Below, piece by piece: positions 1 to 16,600 of a DNA stretch of 64,000 nt. The notes beneath the pieces are model-generated. The model worked only from the letters and a program-made list of their open reading frames with translations, did not search any database and had not been told where the DNA came from. The translations under genes were made by a program, and so were the position numbers. The DNA comes from the human T2T-CHM13v2.0 reference genome, Homo sapiens, in the NCBI RefSeq assembly GCF_009914755.1, contig NC_060933.1. The stretch is one strand, 5' to 3'. Position 1 is the first letter of the stretch, and every line of letters begins with the position of its first letter.

Positions 1-594
1 CACAGCCAAATCATATCAGTTCTCAACCAGAAGAAAAGGGCGTCTATTAAAAAACCTTCAGCAAGTTAAAACTGAAATCAGTAACATTTACAGACTTCTC
101 AGACAGAAGGCTTTAGAAGAGGGTGAACTTGTTTTAAACTAAATTTCTTTTTGTTTGTGTGATCTATGGATTTTGTTTATTCAGTTTCCTGCCCCTGCAA
201 GCACAGAAAGCTGAAAACTAATTTGATTCACTTTTCCCAGATGCAATCTCATGTGTATTTTATGTTAGTTTTTAAAGTTTTAGAATTTTAACCAAATTCG
301 GCACAAAGTGACTATGTTATATGCTCCCTGAACAAATATGCATTAGTCTGAGATTTTTCTTTTTTGTAAAGCAATTTAGACCTCTGTGTGTCTAATAAAA
401 TTCCATCTAGATTAAAAAAAATACCTTCAGCAAATATTGTACTCAATGATGAAAATATAGGACTGGGTGTGATGATGCACACCTGTAATCCCAGCCACTC
501 AGAGGGGTGAATTGCTTGAGCCCAAGAGTTCTAGGCTCCAGTAAGGCATGATTGAGCCACTGCACTTCAGTATGGACAACAAAGTGGGTCAAAA

Positions 595-725
595 GAAGGC
601 AAGAAAGCAAGAAAGGAAGGAAGGAAGGAGAGAAAGGAGGGAAGGAGGGGGGAAGGAAGGAAGGAAAGGGAAGAAAAGGAAGGAAGGAAGGAAGGAAGGA
701 AGGAAGGAAGGAAGGAAGGAAGGAA
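595..725 (+). repeat. (GGAA)n/purine-rich simple repeat grown from an Alu tail
   Basis: Direct reading; follows a degenerate Alu at ~461-595. Confidence 0.9.
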
Positions 726-739
726 ACATTTTTTTCTGA

Positions 740-2667
740 TAATACTACAAATAAGACAAGTAAGTCTCTTCACTTCTACCCAACATTGTTCTAGCCAGTG
801 CAATAAGGCTAAAAATAATAGGGGGTCAGATTGGAAAGGGAGAATTAAAACTGTCTTTACTGACAAACATCATGATTGTTTAAGTAGAAAATTCCACGGA
901 TTTTTAACTAAAAAAGTTTTTTTCTACCAAAAAGCTATAGAACTAATGAGTTTACCAAGGTTGCAGAATACAAGATCAATATACAAAAGTCAATGGTATT
1001 TCTACATATTAGCAATCAACTGTGAGAAACTGATTTTTTTTTTTTTTTTTTTTTTTTGTAGAGACAGGGTTTCTCCATGTTATCCAGGCTAGTCTTGATC
1101 TCCTAGACTCAAGTGACTTGTCCACCTTGGCCTCTCAAAGTGCTGAGATTGTATGTGTGAACCACTGCACCCAGCTCAAGAAATTGAATTTTTAAAATTA
1201 CTGTTACAATATCATAAAATATGAAATAAAGACAAACCTGATTAAAAAATATGTAAGATTCATACAATGTAAGCATTGCCAAGAGAAACTAAAGACTTAA
1301 AAAAAAGAAAGCTGTACTATGTTCATGGATCAGAAGACTCCATATTAACATGCCAATTTTCCCCAAAATTGATCTGCAGGTTCAATTCAACCCCAGTAAA
1401 AAATCTCTTATTTTTTTAAATTTACAAATTGACAGGCTTACTCTAAAATTCATATAGAAATACAAAGCACCAAGAATAGCAAAACAACTTTTTAAATGAA
1501 GAACAAAGTTAGAGAACTTACACTACCTGACTTCAACATTTACAAAGCTATAGTAATCAAAACAGAGTGACACTGATATAAAGACAGACAAATCAATGAA
1601 ACAGAAAGCACAGAAACTGGCACCTATATACAGTTAATTGATTTTTGACAAAAGTGCGGAGGCAATTTGGTAGAGAAAGGGTCATCTTTTCAGCAAATGT
1701 TCCTGGAACAAATATATATATATGAAAAGTGATGAACTTCAATCCATACCTCATACAGTATACCAAAATTAACTCAAAGTGAACTATAGACCTAAATATA
1801 AAACCTAAAACTACATAATTTTTGGAAGAAAACATGGGAGAAAATTTTTGTTTCTTATTGTATTGGATTGAGTAGTGTACTCCCCAAAATCATGTTCTTC
1901 TCAGAACTTCAGAATGTGACTTTATTTGATATTGGGCCATTGCAGATGTAATTAGTTAAATTAAGATGAAATCATACTGGAGTAGAGTGGGTGCTTAATC
2001 CAATATGGCTGATGTCCATATAAGAAGAGACACAAGACACACAGGGAGAATGCCATGTGAATATAGAGGCAGAGATTGGAGTAACGGGTGTATAAGCCAA
2101 GAAATGCCAAGGATTGCAGATAACCACCAGGAGCTAGGGGAGAGTTATGGAGCAGTTTCTCCGTTAGAGCCTCCAGAACCATGAGAGAATTAATTTCTAT
2201 TGTTTTAAGCCACCTGATTTATGGTTCTTTGTTACAGAGAACCCTAAGAAATTAATGCACTTATCTTAGGCAGGAAAAGATTTCTTAACTGTAATACCAA
2301 ATGCACGATTCTTTTAAAAAATGATAAATTGGTGTTCACGAAAAGTTAGAATTTCTGCTTGTTGAAAGACATTCTTAAAGCATAAAAAGATATGCCACAG
2401 ACTGGGAGAAAATATTTGCAAATCACATATCTGATAAAGGACCTACAGTCAGAATACATAAAGAACACTCAAAAAGAAAATTAAAACTCAAATGTTTAAA
2501 ATGAATGAAGGATTTGAACAACTGCTTCACTAAAGAAGAAATACAGATGGCAAATGTGAACATGAAAATCTACTCAACCTCATCAGCTATTAAGCAAATG
2601 CAAATTAAAACTAAAATGAGACACCACTACACTCCTACTACAATGTCTAAGATTTAAAATCCTGATT
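740..2667 (+). mobile_element. Old L1M ORF2/3' fragment, interrupted by an Alu monomer (~1035-1176) and an MLT1 LTR
   Basis: A-rich L1 ORF2-like motifs (e.g. gaatacaagatcaatatacaaaagtca, ctgggagaaaatatttgcaaatcacatatctgataaagg). Confidence 0.8.
1858..2259 (+). mobile_element. MaLR LTR, MLT1B/C-like
   Basis: cagaatgtgactttatttg...ttgcagatgtaattagttaa...gttttaagccacc...ttgttacag motifs typical of MLT1. Confidence 0.75.
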
Positions 2668-3484
<817 letters not shown>

Positions 3485-4533
3485 CTAAATAAATAAGGAT
3501 TGCTTGAGCCCAGGGGTTCAAGACCAGCCTGGGCAACATAATGAGTCCCGATGTCTACAACATTTTTTAAAGAAATTAGCTAGGCATGGTGGTGCATATC
3601 TATAGCTATTTGGAGGCTGAGGTAGGAAGATTGCTTGAGCCCAGGAGTTTGAGGCTGCAGTGAGCTAGGATTGTGCCACTACCCTTCAGCCTGGGTGACA
3701 GAGTGAGACCCTGAAAAAAAAAGTTTCAAAAACAGACAAACAAAACAGGTTCTCCAAGGTCATATATCTAATAAATAGCAGTCTGCCTCCACATACTAAA
3801 CACTCAAGCACTACTTTATTTATGCAAGGTACATATTATCATTCCCATTTTATAGATGAAAGAGTGAGAATCCAAGGGATGATGTGACCTCTCCAATGTC
3901 ACTATTAAGTGACAGAGCTGAAATTTATAGCCATGTCTCTTTTACTCCAAATCCAGTGTTCTTTCTGTCACATGCACCAAGATTTTGCTGTTTATTTGAA
4001 TGCTTTGGACACCATGCACACAGCCTCTGCTCTCCCAAGGGGGTCTGGCTACCTCCTCCTCACTCCACACCTCTTCCTCCAGAAATAAAGCCCATTCTGG
4101 ACTCCCTATCCTCACCCATGCATTATTACTCAGCTGCTTACCTTCTATACCTGATGACATGGGAACAAATCAATTTGTAAATGCCTAGAAGAGAACAGGA
4201 CTCTCAGTAATTGCCAATGCATCTTTGTGAAAGCAAGAGCTTGCTGGGCACTTGGAATGCAGCCCCTGCCTGTTTTAAAGAAATAGGCACTTCGAATGGA
4301 GACTAATAGACCAGCATGCAGGCAGCACTTAACAGTTTCAGAGCCCTTTCTTCTCTCTCATCTCTTTACAACGACTCAGTAAGCTCCGTGTTTTTACACC
4401 CTTCCCCTACATTTTTTTTTCAGATGAAGCAACTGATGTTTTGAGGCTTGAAAAAAACTAAATAGCTGAGCCTGCATTCAAACTCATCCTTTTGGGAGGA
4501 GGGAGGTTGTTTTGAATTCTGGGTCTTATTTAG

Positions 4534-5005
<472 letters not shown>

Positions 5006-5102
5006 TTATGCAAAGGAGACCACTACACAAGGTAGAAGCTGGGCATGACAACTTCTGAGGTTCAGTCCAGATCTAAAGGTCTTTGAATAATAGGGGTACT
5101 AG

Positions 5103-5240
<138 letters not shown>

Positions 5241-5396
5241 TGAGTAGCTGGGATTACAGGTGCCCACCACCACGTCTGACTAGCTTTTTGTATTTTTAGT
5301 AGAGATGGGGTTTCACCATATTGGCCAGGCGGGTCTTGAACTCCTGACCTCCAGCAATCCACCCGCCTTGGCCTCCCAAAGTGCAGTTCACTCTTT

Positions 5397-5914
5397 AATA
5401 TGAGTTGGACGTTTGTCCTCTCCGAATCTCACAATGAAATGTGATTCCCAGTGTTGGAGGTGAGGCCTGGTGGGAGGTGATTGGATAATGGAGGCAGATC
5501 CCTCGTAAATGGTTTAGCGCCGTCCCCTTAGTGATAAGTGAGTTCTCACTCAGTTAGTACACAGGAGGTCTGGTTGTTTATTAATAAAATCTGGGGCCTC
5601 CCCCACCTCGCTCTCTTTCTCCCACTGTCACCATGTGACATGCTTGCTCTCCCTTCTCTTCTGCCATGATTGGAAGCTTCCTGAGGCCCTCACCAGAAGC
5701 AGACAGCGGCACTATGCGTTATATAGAGCCTGCAGAACCATGGGTCACTGAAACCTCTTTTTGGAGGTTGCAGTGAGCCGAGATTGCGCCACTGCACTCC
5801 AGCTTGGGTGACAAAGCGAGACTGTCTCAAAAAAAAAAAAATTAAACCTCTTTTCTCTAGAAATTACCCAGTCTCAGGTATTCCTTTACAGCAATGGAAG
5901 AACAGCCTAATACA
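5397..5914 (+). mobile_element. MST-type MaLR LTR containing a 5'-truncated Alu (5763-5840)
   Basis: ccagtgttggaggtgaggcctggtgggaggtgattgg and aaattacccagtctcaggtattcc; Alu piece flanked by aaacctctttt. Confidence 0.75.
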
Positions 5915-6706
5915 TGCTTAGAGCACTGGTGCTGTGAAGTGTGAGGTTAGGGCTGAAAAATGATCTCTGCTTTGTCCCCTCTCCTGACTAATTCAGCATT
6001 TCTCAACCACTGGACTCTATTTACGTGTGTGGTGCAAACCTTTAATCATTATGCAAAATTGTTTTTGCTGCAGCAAAGAAAAGATGGCAGTCTATGTTGT
6101 CCACTGGATAGAACGTTGAGATGCAGGGCAAAGCAGGGCACAGCTCTCCCTCTACACCAAGGACACGTTTTACGTAAGTCTGAATTTTGTAAACTATAAA
6201 TAGAGTGATATAAACCATATTAATTAAGCATTCATTTTGTGTGCAAAATTTGAAATAATGCAAATTGTCCTAAATTTAAAAAAAGAGGCTGGGCATGGTG
6301 GCTCATGCCTGTAATCCCAGCACTTTGGGAGGCCGGGGCGGGTGGATCACCTGAAATGAATTACTTGAACCCGGGAGGTGGAGGCTGCAGTAAGCCAAAA
6401 CGGCGCCACTGCACTCCAGCCTGGGTGACAGAGGGAGACTCTGTCTAAAAAAAAAAAAAAAAAAAAGGGCATTGTGAAAAGAATCACTTCTAAACTGGCT
6501 GGAAAGGGGCTGAAATGAATTGCATGCTGGTTTTATGCTATTGACTCATGGCTGTGCCTCCGAGCAGGTAAGCTGAAGTACCCACTTTCCCTGGTCAGGG
6601 CCTGTCTTGAATCATGTGATGTCTTCAAAACCTTGCATTGCCCTGTTAAGGGGTAGGGAGCAAAGGAAAATTAAACCAATGAGGCACATGGGAAAACATG
6701 GCCTCT

Positions 6707-7424
<718 letters not shown>

Positions 7425-7508
7425 TCTAGAATATCAAGGGACACAATCAGCACAATGTAGAAGTTACTTTGTAATCCCAGCACTTTGGAGGCCAAGGTGG
7501 GCGGATCA

Positions 7509-7759
<251 letters not shown>

Positions 7760-10689
7760 TTAGTTGAGGGAGTGGCTTCTTCCCAGGAAACAGTATAATA
7801 CCTGCCTCCTATAGTGATGCTCTAGAATGTTCCCCCATCCTCGCAGCCCTCAGACCATACTTATTGCTCCCTTTATCTTCTTTTTTTAAGTCTTTTAATT
7901 CCCCAACCTCTGTAAAACTCAAGTATTCAAAGGCATCTTTTCACTCAAGAAGGCTGAGACTGTGCGTATTTGGACAAGTCATAATATTGAACATTTAACT
8001 AGTTTTTACAATAAATTCCCCATTTTTAGAATATTGATATACAGAAATACCAAGAGGATAAAATGAGACAGCCAATGTGAAAGTATTCCAGGTAATTTTT
8101 ATTCTTTATCATCATCTTGGAAAGATATGAGTGGTGTAAGTTGATTATTGTTATGAATGGTTAGAATTATATTTCTTGGCTATATTGCTATGTGTATGTC
8201 TGTGTATGATTTTATTTATTTATTTATCTATTATTTATTTTGTTGAGACAAGGTCTCACACTGTTGCCCAGGCAGGAGGGCAGTAGCAGATCATAGCTCA
8301 CTGTAACCTCAAACTCCTGGGCTTAAGCAATCCTCCCGCCTCAGCCTCCTGAGTAGCTCGGACTACAGGTGCATGCCACCATGCCTGGCTAATTATTTTT
8401 TATTTTTGTAGAGATGTGGTCTTGCTGTGTTTCCCAGGCTGGTCTTGAACTCCTAGACTCAAGCTATCCTTTTGCCTGAGCCTCCCAAAGCTCTAGAATT
8501 ACAGGCATGAAACACTGTGACTGGCCTGTGTATGACTTTAAATTTCATCCTATCTTCAAAGCAGGTATTTGAACTTAAAGCAAGCAAAACAAACCTCAAC
8601 AAACAAACAAATGAAAATAAACTACATGTATTTGTTGAACCTCCAGCAAACCAAATCCAAATACTTTTTAAAGTTTACCTGAAAACTAAATGAATCCCAA
8701 GCAAAACAACAAAATAAGCCAAAGACTCAGTGAGTTATTTCTAACTAGTCTGGTATTTTTTGGTCCATCCTCTTTGGTGCCTGACCACAGTTTCAGATCC
8801 CAGCCCAGATTCTCTGTAGTCATCACAGGGCTTCTCTAAAACACAAAAAACATGGCTCTTGGCGGGGGAAGACAGAAGGAAGATGCAGAGAGGCACGAGA
8901 CAAACAATCATTGTGTGTTTCCTTATGATGTCAATGCAAAGACAATGAGGCTTGAATGTTTATTTTACAGAATGTGCGAAAGGGAATCATTTACAATGAA
9001 CTTCCAAGCTGCCAGGACAGGGCAGTCTGTCCCCAGTCAAGCATCACAACATGCCCACGTACTCTGATTGAGAACTTGCTTAAAGAAAATTGCCCTGAGA
9101 ATCCATTCAGGAACCTGTTCCACTGTGTCCCGCTTGGAATCAGATGTTTTTCCCCTCATTTGAATGATAGTTTATTATTATGTACCTGGGGAAACATTTG
9201 AGGCTACTGAATGTGGATGTCACACAATATTTCACTCAATGCAGTTTAATGAAGGGCAACCAGAATCGCTGTGCTTAACCTCCTTTGCTTAAACAATCAA
9301 TGGTTCATCCAAGTGCAAAGCTGTTAAGGACTCGTTTACCATGCTGTAGTGGAGATGTTCATGGGCTTTGGAATGGAGCAGACATGGTTCGTATCCTAGT
9401 TTTGTTTCTTACACTGTACCTTAGTTTTCCATCAGAAAATAGGGATAATTATGGCTACCCAATGAGAGATAAAATGAGATCATATAAGTAACTTCTTGGC
9501 ATATAGAAGGTGCTCAATAAAATACTTTCCCTTCCCACTTGGCAAGCCAGGATTCATCAATCAAGCCAGGATTGATCTTTTCAGTAACTGTTGGGTCTTT
9601 TCCAAAGTGGACAGCAGATGATGAACTTGTTGACTCAGCTTTATTACAACTCCAGAAACGCTTCCCACAGGTCGCCAGCCAATAATCAAACCACCATCAG
9701 ATCATAAAAATCTTTCACTTTTACGAAGGTATTTTCTGCTCTTGTCCTTAAGTTCGTGGTAAGATACTATCATCTCCTGTGACCGTAATGTCAGTCTGTT
9801 CTGAGGGGCAGAGCAGTCAATCAGGAAATAATGAGGAATTAGTGAGAGCTCTATGTGAAGTTGTGTATGTATTACTGGTTAGCTCCTTGGAATAAACATT
9901 TTAAAAAGGAAATAGTTGAATAACAGAGCCTGCACATTTTAAAGGCTTTTAGAACATATTGTAAATTTGAGCTCAGGGATGTGCCACCAGAAGTTCATGG
10001 GAGTATCTCTTTCCCTACAACCTCATTAAATCTAACCGTTGCCATTTCTCTTTATTTTTACTAATATGAAGGTGAAATGGCATGATGTCTAATTTGTAAT
10101 GCTTTATTGGACATTTTTCCATATATTTATTGGTCCTTAATGTTTATTCTTTTTTGTTCATGTGTTTAGCCTATTGCTCTTTGGAGGTTAATTTTTTTCT
10201 TATTGCTTTATAAAAGATCATTGTAGTGTAGATGCATTAACTCTTTTTTGTTCTGTTTTGTTTTGTTTTTGTTTTGAGATGGAGTCTTGCTCTGTAGCCC
10301 AGGCTGGTGTGAAGTGGTGCGATCTCGGCTCACTGCAGACTCTGCCTCCCAGGTTCAAGAGATTCTCCTGCCTCAGTAGCTGGGACTACAGGCATGCGCC
10401 ACCTTGCCTGGCTAATTTTTGTATTTTTAGTAGAGATGGGGTTTCACCATGTTGGCCAGGCTGGTCTTGAACTCCTGACCTCAGGTGATCCACTCACCTC
10501 GGTCTCCCAAAGTGCTGGGATTATAGGTGTGAGCCACTGCACCCAGCTAATGTATTAATTCTTGACCACATATTTAACAACTGTTTGAGTTTGTTTGTTT
10601 GTTTGTTTGCTTTATCCAGTATATTATTTCACTTTTAAAGTTTATTATACTGTTTTAGAATTGCCTAAAAAATAATGAGCAACCATTTG

Positions 10690-11290
10690 TCCTATCCAAT
10701 ATAGATTTACTGAATGCCAACCAAGTGCCAGGCTCTGTGCCAGGCATTGGCATTAGAAAAGGAAAAAAGCTCAAATCGCTGCCCTCTAAGAGATCACAGT
10801 CCAGTGAGGATAGTGAGGAACAGTCATCAAAACCAGTGCTAGCAACGCAATGCAATTGTTGTGATAGTGAAGGGAAGTACTGGGGGCTGTAGGAGTATCC
10901 TAACCTAGTTCAGAGAGGATGAGGGGAATGAGGAAAGGTTTAGACAGAGCAAGGAGGGCATCCTAGGAACATGAAAGAGTGTAGGAAGAGGAAAGATCCC
11001 AAGGCATCAAAGAGGCTCAATCTTTTCAAAGATTCCAAATAGTTCAGTGACTAAAGTACATGATATAATGGGTTGGGGTAGCCTCATTCAAGGGGAGAGA
11101 TTTGACAGTAATGAAGTTGGACACATAGTCAGGAACCAGATCATCAAGGTCCCCAGCTGTCAGCATAATGAGACCGAATGTCATCCTAAGAACCAAGGGT
11201 TGCTACTGGGGATTCTGGGCTCAGAAGGGACCTTGGTCAGAGTTAGGTATAAGTGTAAAGGCATAGACTAAAAGTGAGAATCCAGTTAGT
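10690..11290 (+). mobile_element. L2 fragment
   Basis: atttactgaatgccaaccaagtgccaggctctgtgccaggcattgg motif typical of the L2 3' region. Confidence 0.6.
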
Positions 11291-13232
11291 TGGGTAAATG
11301 AACAAGCCAGGAAGAAAACTTGGTTTCTAATGGTGCAGGCTACTCAATCTTCTCTGGGAGGGTGCTGGGGCAGGATGGTATTGGGCCTCTGCATGCATAA
11401 GCCCTTCCTGGAAAGATCAGCTCCTGTTGCTCATATCCTGGAGTCAAGTTCAAGAGGCACAAGAAAAGGGTTCATTGCTACAGCCTCCCATCTCAGCTTT
11501 GGCCAGCCAGGGACATTGCAGCCCTGATTCCTGGGATTTGCCTATCCTGGGGAGGCAGGAAAGAGGGGTGGCAAGGAAGTTGAGGTCCATAATTCTGTTG
11601 ACTTCAATTCACCAGGCTCTTACCAAAAACCCTCTGTATGCAAAGCCACAGAGAGGAATGAGGTTTGGTCCCTGTATTTGGTACAGGGATGAGAAAATAA
11701 CAAAGCATAAAATAAAAAGCTGGCTTAAGCCTGACACCATATGATAATAACTACACAACTAGAGTCTAAGAATTAGGAAGAGCATCAAGGGGCTTTTGGG
11801 AACTGGCCCTAAAAGGCTGAGTGATGTTTCATTTGTAAGAATGGGAGAGAGAATTAGAAATTTTGGGCAAAGGATGTGACTTTTCAGCTCAAGGCAGGGC
11901 ATTTCGAATAAAGTATTCAGAAGTAAGCCTGGAAAAGGAAGTGGAACCCTGTCTGGGGTTTTGTTCTCCAGGCAGTGGAAAGTCAGTGAAGATATTGATC
12001 TAGGAAGCACTAGGGAGAGAAGCATTCTAGCAGGATAACTTTAGAGTCACATTTACATAGACTGGAAACCAAGCAACTAGTGAAGAGACCATTGCAGCTC
12101 TCAGGCTGTTCTGAATGGTGACAGTGAGAAATGAGGGGAGGCATGGATTGCAAGGACACTATAGAGGTCAAGGACCTCAGAGATCAAGGTATGGGTTAGG
12201 GTGATGCTCTTTTACAGAGTCAGCTTAGGGAATTAGCAAGAAGCTGCTGGTATCCAAGGCCGACTATTGAATCTTTAAAACCACAGGACACCTGAACTGG
12301 CAGAGTCCTTGGAGTTCATGATTTAAGTGGAAGAGACACAGTCCCCACCTATAGGAGGAATGTCAAAACTTGAATCTGGGTGGGCTCCGCAACTGCAAAA
12401 TTGCAAATCTGCAATTTGGTCCACTTCTTTTCCAGCCTTCCTTCTGAATATTTTATTCAAAATACCCTCCCTTGAGCTGAAACATCACCCAGCCTTTTAG
12501 GGCCAGCTCCCAGATTCAAGGCAGTGATGCTGCACTCCAGGAAGCATCAGCTGGGGAAGCTCAATTGGGGCAGGACGATCCACTTCCAAGATGGCTCACT
12601 TCTGTGGTTGGCAAGCTGGGGCTGGCTGTCAGCTGGGAACTCATCTGGGGCAGTTGGTGGATTTCCAATAATGTATGGTGACACTGTGCCAGTTTCTGAA
12701 CCCTGGCCTTGAGACACTGACAGCCTCTACCTCTCATCTCTTGGAAAATTTACTCTTAGAACACAGCTGCCATACTGTGGGGAAGCCCAGGCAGCCCTGT
12801 GGAGAAGTCCACGTGAAGAAGTATCTTCCGGCTGATTTTTTTTTTTAAACAAAAACCAGTGGAGTCCCAAATGTGGCTGTCTAGCTATAGTTTGCCACCC
12901 TCTGCTGGATGACTGTTCCCTTTAACTATTGCTATGTGATAGGCCACTAGAAAATTTGGCAGCTGCTGGGCACAGTGCCTCATGTCTGTAATCTCAGCAC
13001 TTTGGGATGCTGAGGTGGGATGATTGCTTGAGTCCAGGAGCTCAAGACCAGACTGGGCAACAGAGTGAGACCCTATCTCAACAACAACAACAAAATTTAA
13101 ATTAGCTGAGTGTGGTGGCATGCGTCTGTAGTCCCATCTACTCGGCTGAGGTGGGAGGATCCCTTGAGCCCAGGAAATTGAGCTGCAGTGAGCTGTGATA
13201 GCGCTACCGCACTCCAGCCTGGCTTACAGAGA

Positions 13233-13234
<2 letters not shown>

Positions 13235-13280
<46 letters not shown>

Positions 13281-13337
13281 GAGGAAGGGAGGAAAGGAGG
13301 AGGGAAGGAAGGAAGGAAGGAAAGAAAGAAGAAGGAA
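13235..13337 (+). repeat. (GA)n-(GGAA)n microsatellite at the tail of AluJ (12965-13235)
   Basis: Direct reading. Confidence 0.9.
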
Positions 13338-13479
13338 ATGTAGCAGCTTAAAATGACAGTTTTAACAGTCCTTGCCATGGTCAGGAAAAAAGAATAACAA
13401 AAATACAAATAAAAACAAAAAGCAAAAAAACCCAACAGCAATCATTTACTTTGCCCATGAACTGCCTATTTCTATTTAT

Positions 13480-13635
13480 TTGAACACAGCAGTGCCCACT
13501 TGCTCATGTACTGTCTTTGGCTGCTTTTGGGCAGCAGTGGTGGAGTTGAATGTTCATGACCGAGACCATATGGCCCACAAAGCTTAACATATTCACTATC
13601 TGGCAATTTACAGAAAACGTTTGCTGACCCTCATC
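13480..13635 (+). mobile_element. MER58-like hAT fragment
   Basis: gagaccatatggcccacaaagcttaacatattcactatctggc...tttacagaaaa.gtttgctgaccct. Confidence 0.75.
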
Positions 13636-16600
13636 CAGTGCATTAGAAAGAGGCCGAAGGAGAAGAAAGCACTTGCTCAAAGGCTGCACACAAGTCTACA
13701 CATAGAATCCAGACAGAAACTCAGAATTCTCTAATCCCAGTCTTGTGCTATTTACCCCATCTAGTAAGACTTATTAACCACCTCTGTAAATCTGCAAGTT
13801 TAAAGATGATAGAGGTCACAGCTCCTGCCTGAGAGAGGATACATAACCAGCAGGGAAGACATGCAGATAAAGAAATGACCACCTAGAAAAATCTGTAATA
13901 GAAGTGAGCTCAGCACATGACAGAAACAAGAGCAAGTGCTTTTCACTCCTGCCGCAGTGGCTGGGAAGAGCTCCTGCGTGCCTTCCCAGCATCTCGCCTC
14001 CTTCTAATAACAGCATCCTAATTCTCCCTGAAGAAGCCACTCTGTCATGTCAGTTTCTGCGGTCTGAGTGAGGCACACCTCATGGTTCGGCTCCAGGCCT
14101 GGCCACTGTGCTCTGTTCAGGGATGTCCAGATGTCACAAGCCTGCCCCTGAGAGTCCACCCTCAGACTTTGGCTGGCTCTTCTGGGACAAAGAAGAATTC
14201 TTTCCCTGCAGTAGCTAAGCCGGAACCATTGGTGGCCACCTGTGTTGCCACTTTGTGAGGGCCTGGCCAAGACGGAAGTTCTCACAGAGGAAAGCAGAAC
14301 CAGGGGCTGCAGAGAGACTCTGTAAGACACAGAGTCACTCTGAGCTCTTCCATGACGCCAGTAAATCTCCTTTTCTCCTTCAACCGCCAAGAGTTGGGAC
14401 TCTGTCATTGTAACTCAACAGTTCCAACCAACATTGTTCTTTTCCTAGCAACCGCCACCCAACTCACTTGTGAATCTTTCCCTCCTCCAATCCCATCTTG
14501 GCTGCCTGCTTTCTGCATCAGCATCCTCCATTTAGGAATGCAAATTTCAGAAACCTATCATGCCTGAGGCATGCCTGAAAGGAGTGGAGCCAAGTCTGAT
14601 AATGAATTTGTGTGCACTGTGTGAGCCGTTCTGCAGCTATTCAAAATCCATTCAATGTTTTTCTCTAGCGATTGTAAGTACACTGTTCTTGGTATTGCCT
14701 CTGTCACCAGCTAAATGATGGAGATATTTCCACTCAGGATCTCGATAGACTTGTGGCTCTGGCAACAGATGTGTGTGAACTGATGCACTTGGAACACCTG
14801 GAAGCAGGAGGTCGGCTGCTCTTGGAGGACCTGCTGAAGTCTGGACCCCATTGTTCTTCTTTTCTTTTCTGTTCTTTTCCTTTCTTTTCCTTTCTTTTGA
14901 GGTGGGGGCTGCCTCCTGGAATGGGCATCTCCACTGTGGCCAGGGGGCAACTGGGAAAGAGGTGGTCAGCAGCACCTTGACCTTGAGTGGGCCCAGATCT
15001 TAGATCTCCAGCCCCTGCTACTTTATTTCTCCTTCTCCCTCTTCTACAGAGATGGGGTCTCACTATGTTGTCCAGGCTAGAGTGCAGTGGCTATTCACAG
15101 GCACAATCTCTGCTGCTTTAGAATGTCCTGGAGAGCTTTCTGAAAGTCCAAGTTCCAGTCTCTATCCCTGCAAGACTCTGAATCAGTAGGTCTGGGGAAA
15201 GCAATTCTGATTTTACAAAGCTCCACATTTCTTTTTAAAAAAATATCGATGGGGTCTCACTATGTTGCCCAGGCTGGTCTCAAACTCCTAGGCTCAAGCA
15301 ATCCTCCTGCCTCAGCCTCCCAAAGTGCTGGGACTACAGGTGTGAGCCTGGCCAAAGCTCTTCACTTCTAAAGGGCAGCCATGCTGCAGAATCCCATCAG
15401 CATGAAATGTCCAGAGGCCAGTGTCCTTCCTTTTCCAAGGGGCCCTCTCGTTTGTCCCCCAAGGCACCTCTCCTCCTAGTCTCTAAGGCCCCTCACTGGG
15501 ACCCTTCCCCTCCATGGCTTGCCTAGGGTTACCTTTGTGGAGTCAGAGGTTGTTAGGGAGGAATATGTAGAACCACTGACCTAGTGCAACCCCTTAACTT
15601 TCTATTAAGGGAACCCACGGAGGACCAGGGAGGCCAAATGAGTTTCCCAAGATCACATAACAAATCCAGGGCTTACCGACCAGGGTGCACACCTTGGGAG
15701 CTGGAAAACTGTCCCGGGCCTGCTCTCACACAACAATGTGTGGGTTGTTTTTTGTTTGTTTGTTTGTTTTTGTATTTTTTAAATTTCATTAATTATTATT
15801 ATTATTTTTTTTTTTTGAGACAGGGTCTTGCTTTGTTGCCTGGGCTAGAGTGCAGTGGTCCAACCACACAGCTCACAGCAGCCTCAGCCTTCCAGGCTCA
15901 AGCAATCCCTCCCCCTTCAGCCTCCCAAGTAGCTGGGATAATGGGCACAGGCCACCAAGTCCGGCTAATTAAAAAAAAAAAATTTTTTTTTGTAGAGATG
16001 GGGCAGAGGAGGGGGTCTCCCTGTGTTTCCCAGGCTGGTCTCAAACTCCTGGCCTCAAGCGATCCTCCCACCTTGGCCTCCCAAAGTACTGGGATTACAG
16101 GCGTAAGCCACTGCACCCAGCCTCACACACTCTGAATTATGTGGGGTGGGGTCCTAACTAACTCACTGAGCCTCCCAAGCCAAACTCAACCGCAGCTATT
16201 CTCCATCCCAAAAGTGGGAAGGAGCTGCCTATTGAGGGAGAGGTGGGCCTTCTTCCCATTCTCCATCTTCACCTACAAGCTATCCACTATGCAGGGGCTG
16301 CTTGGAGTTTTAACACTGATCCAGTAGCTCACCTGGCTCTTGCCTAAGTAAATTACCTTTCTCCCTTGGGGTTGGGGAGGTGTGGGTCTGGGTGGTGGGC
16401 ACTGGCTTTACCTCCAGCTCAGCTCCTTCTCTTTGGTCCCGCCTCCCAGGGTTTTATGTGTCCATATAACCACTGACTCAGGGTCAGCTTTTTCCAGTCT
16501 AGTGCGTCAGCACAAGTGAGTGATAGAGCCTGAAGGCCATTACTCAGGGGAGGATGGTGGTGAGTCATCACGAGAGACTCCTTCCCTAGTCTGGCCACTC

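Noticed and set aside
548-866. Lys/Glu/Gly/Arg-rich ORFs
   Set aside because: Translations of the (GGAA)n repeat
14690-14980. Overlapping ORFs with coding-like composition
   Set aside because: No protein family recognised, no convincing splice sites, interrupted by a CTTTT simple repeat; a BLASTX hit would be needed
15517-15533. GCTTGCCTAGGGTTACC nearly identical to 24712-24728
   Set aside because: Short, and resembles the MIR core CTTGCCCAAGGTCAC, so a chance or repeat origin is likely
15584-16135. 183-aa ORF
   Set aside because: Largely antisense Alu translation plus low-complexity sequence; no gene structure
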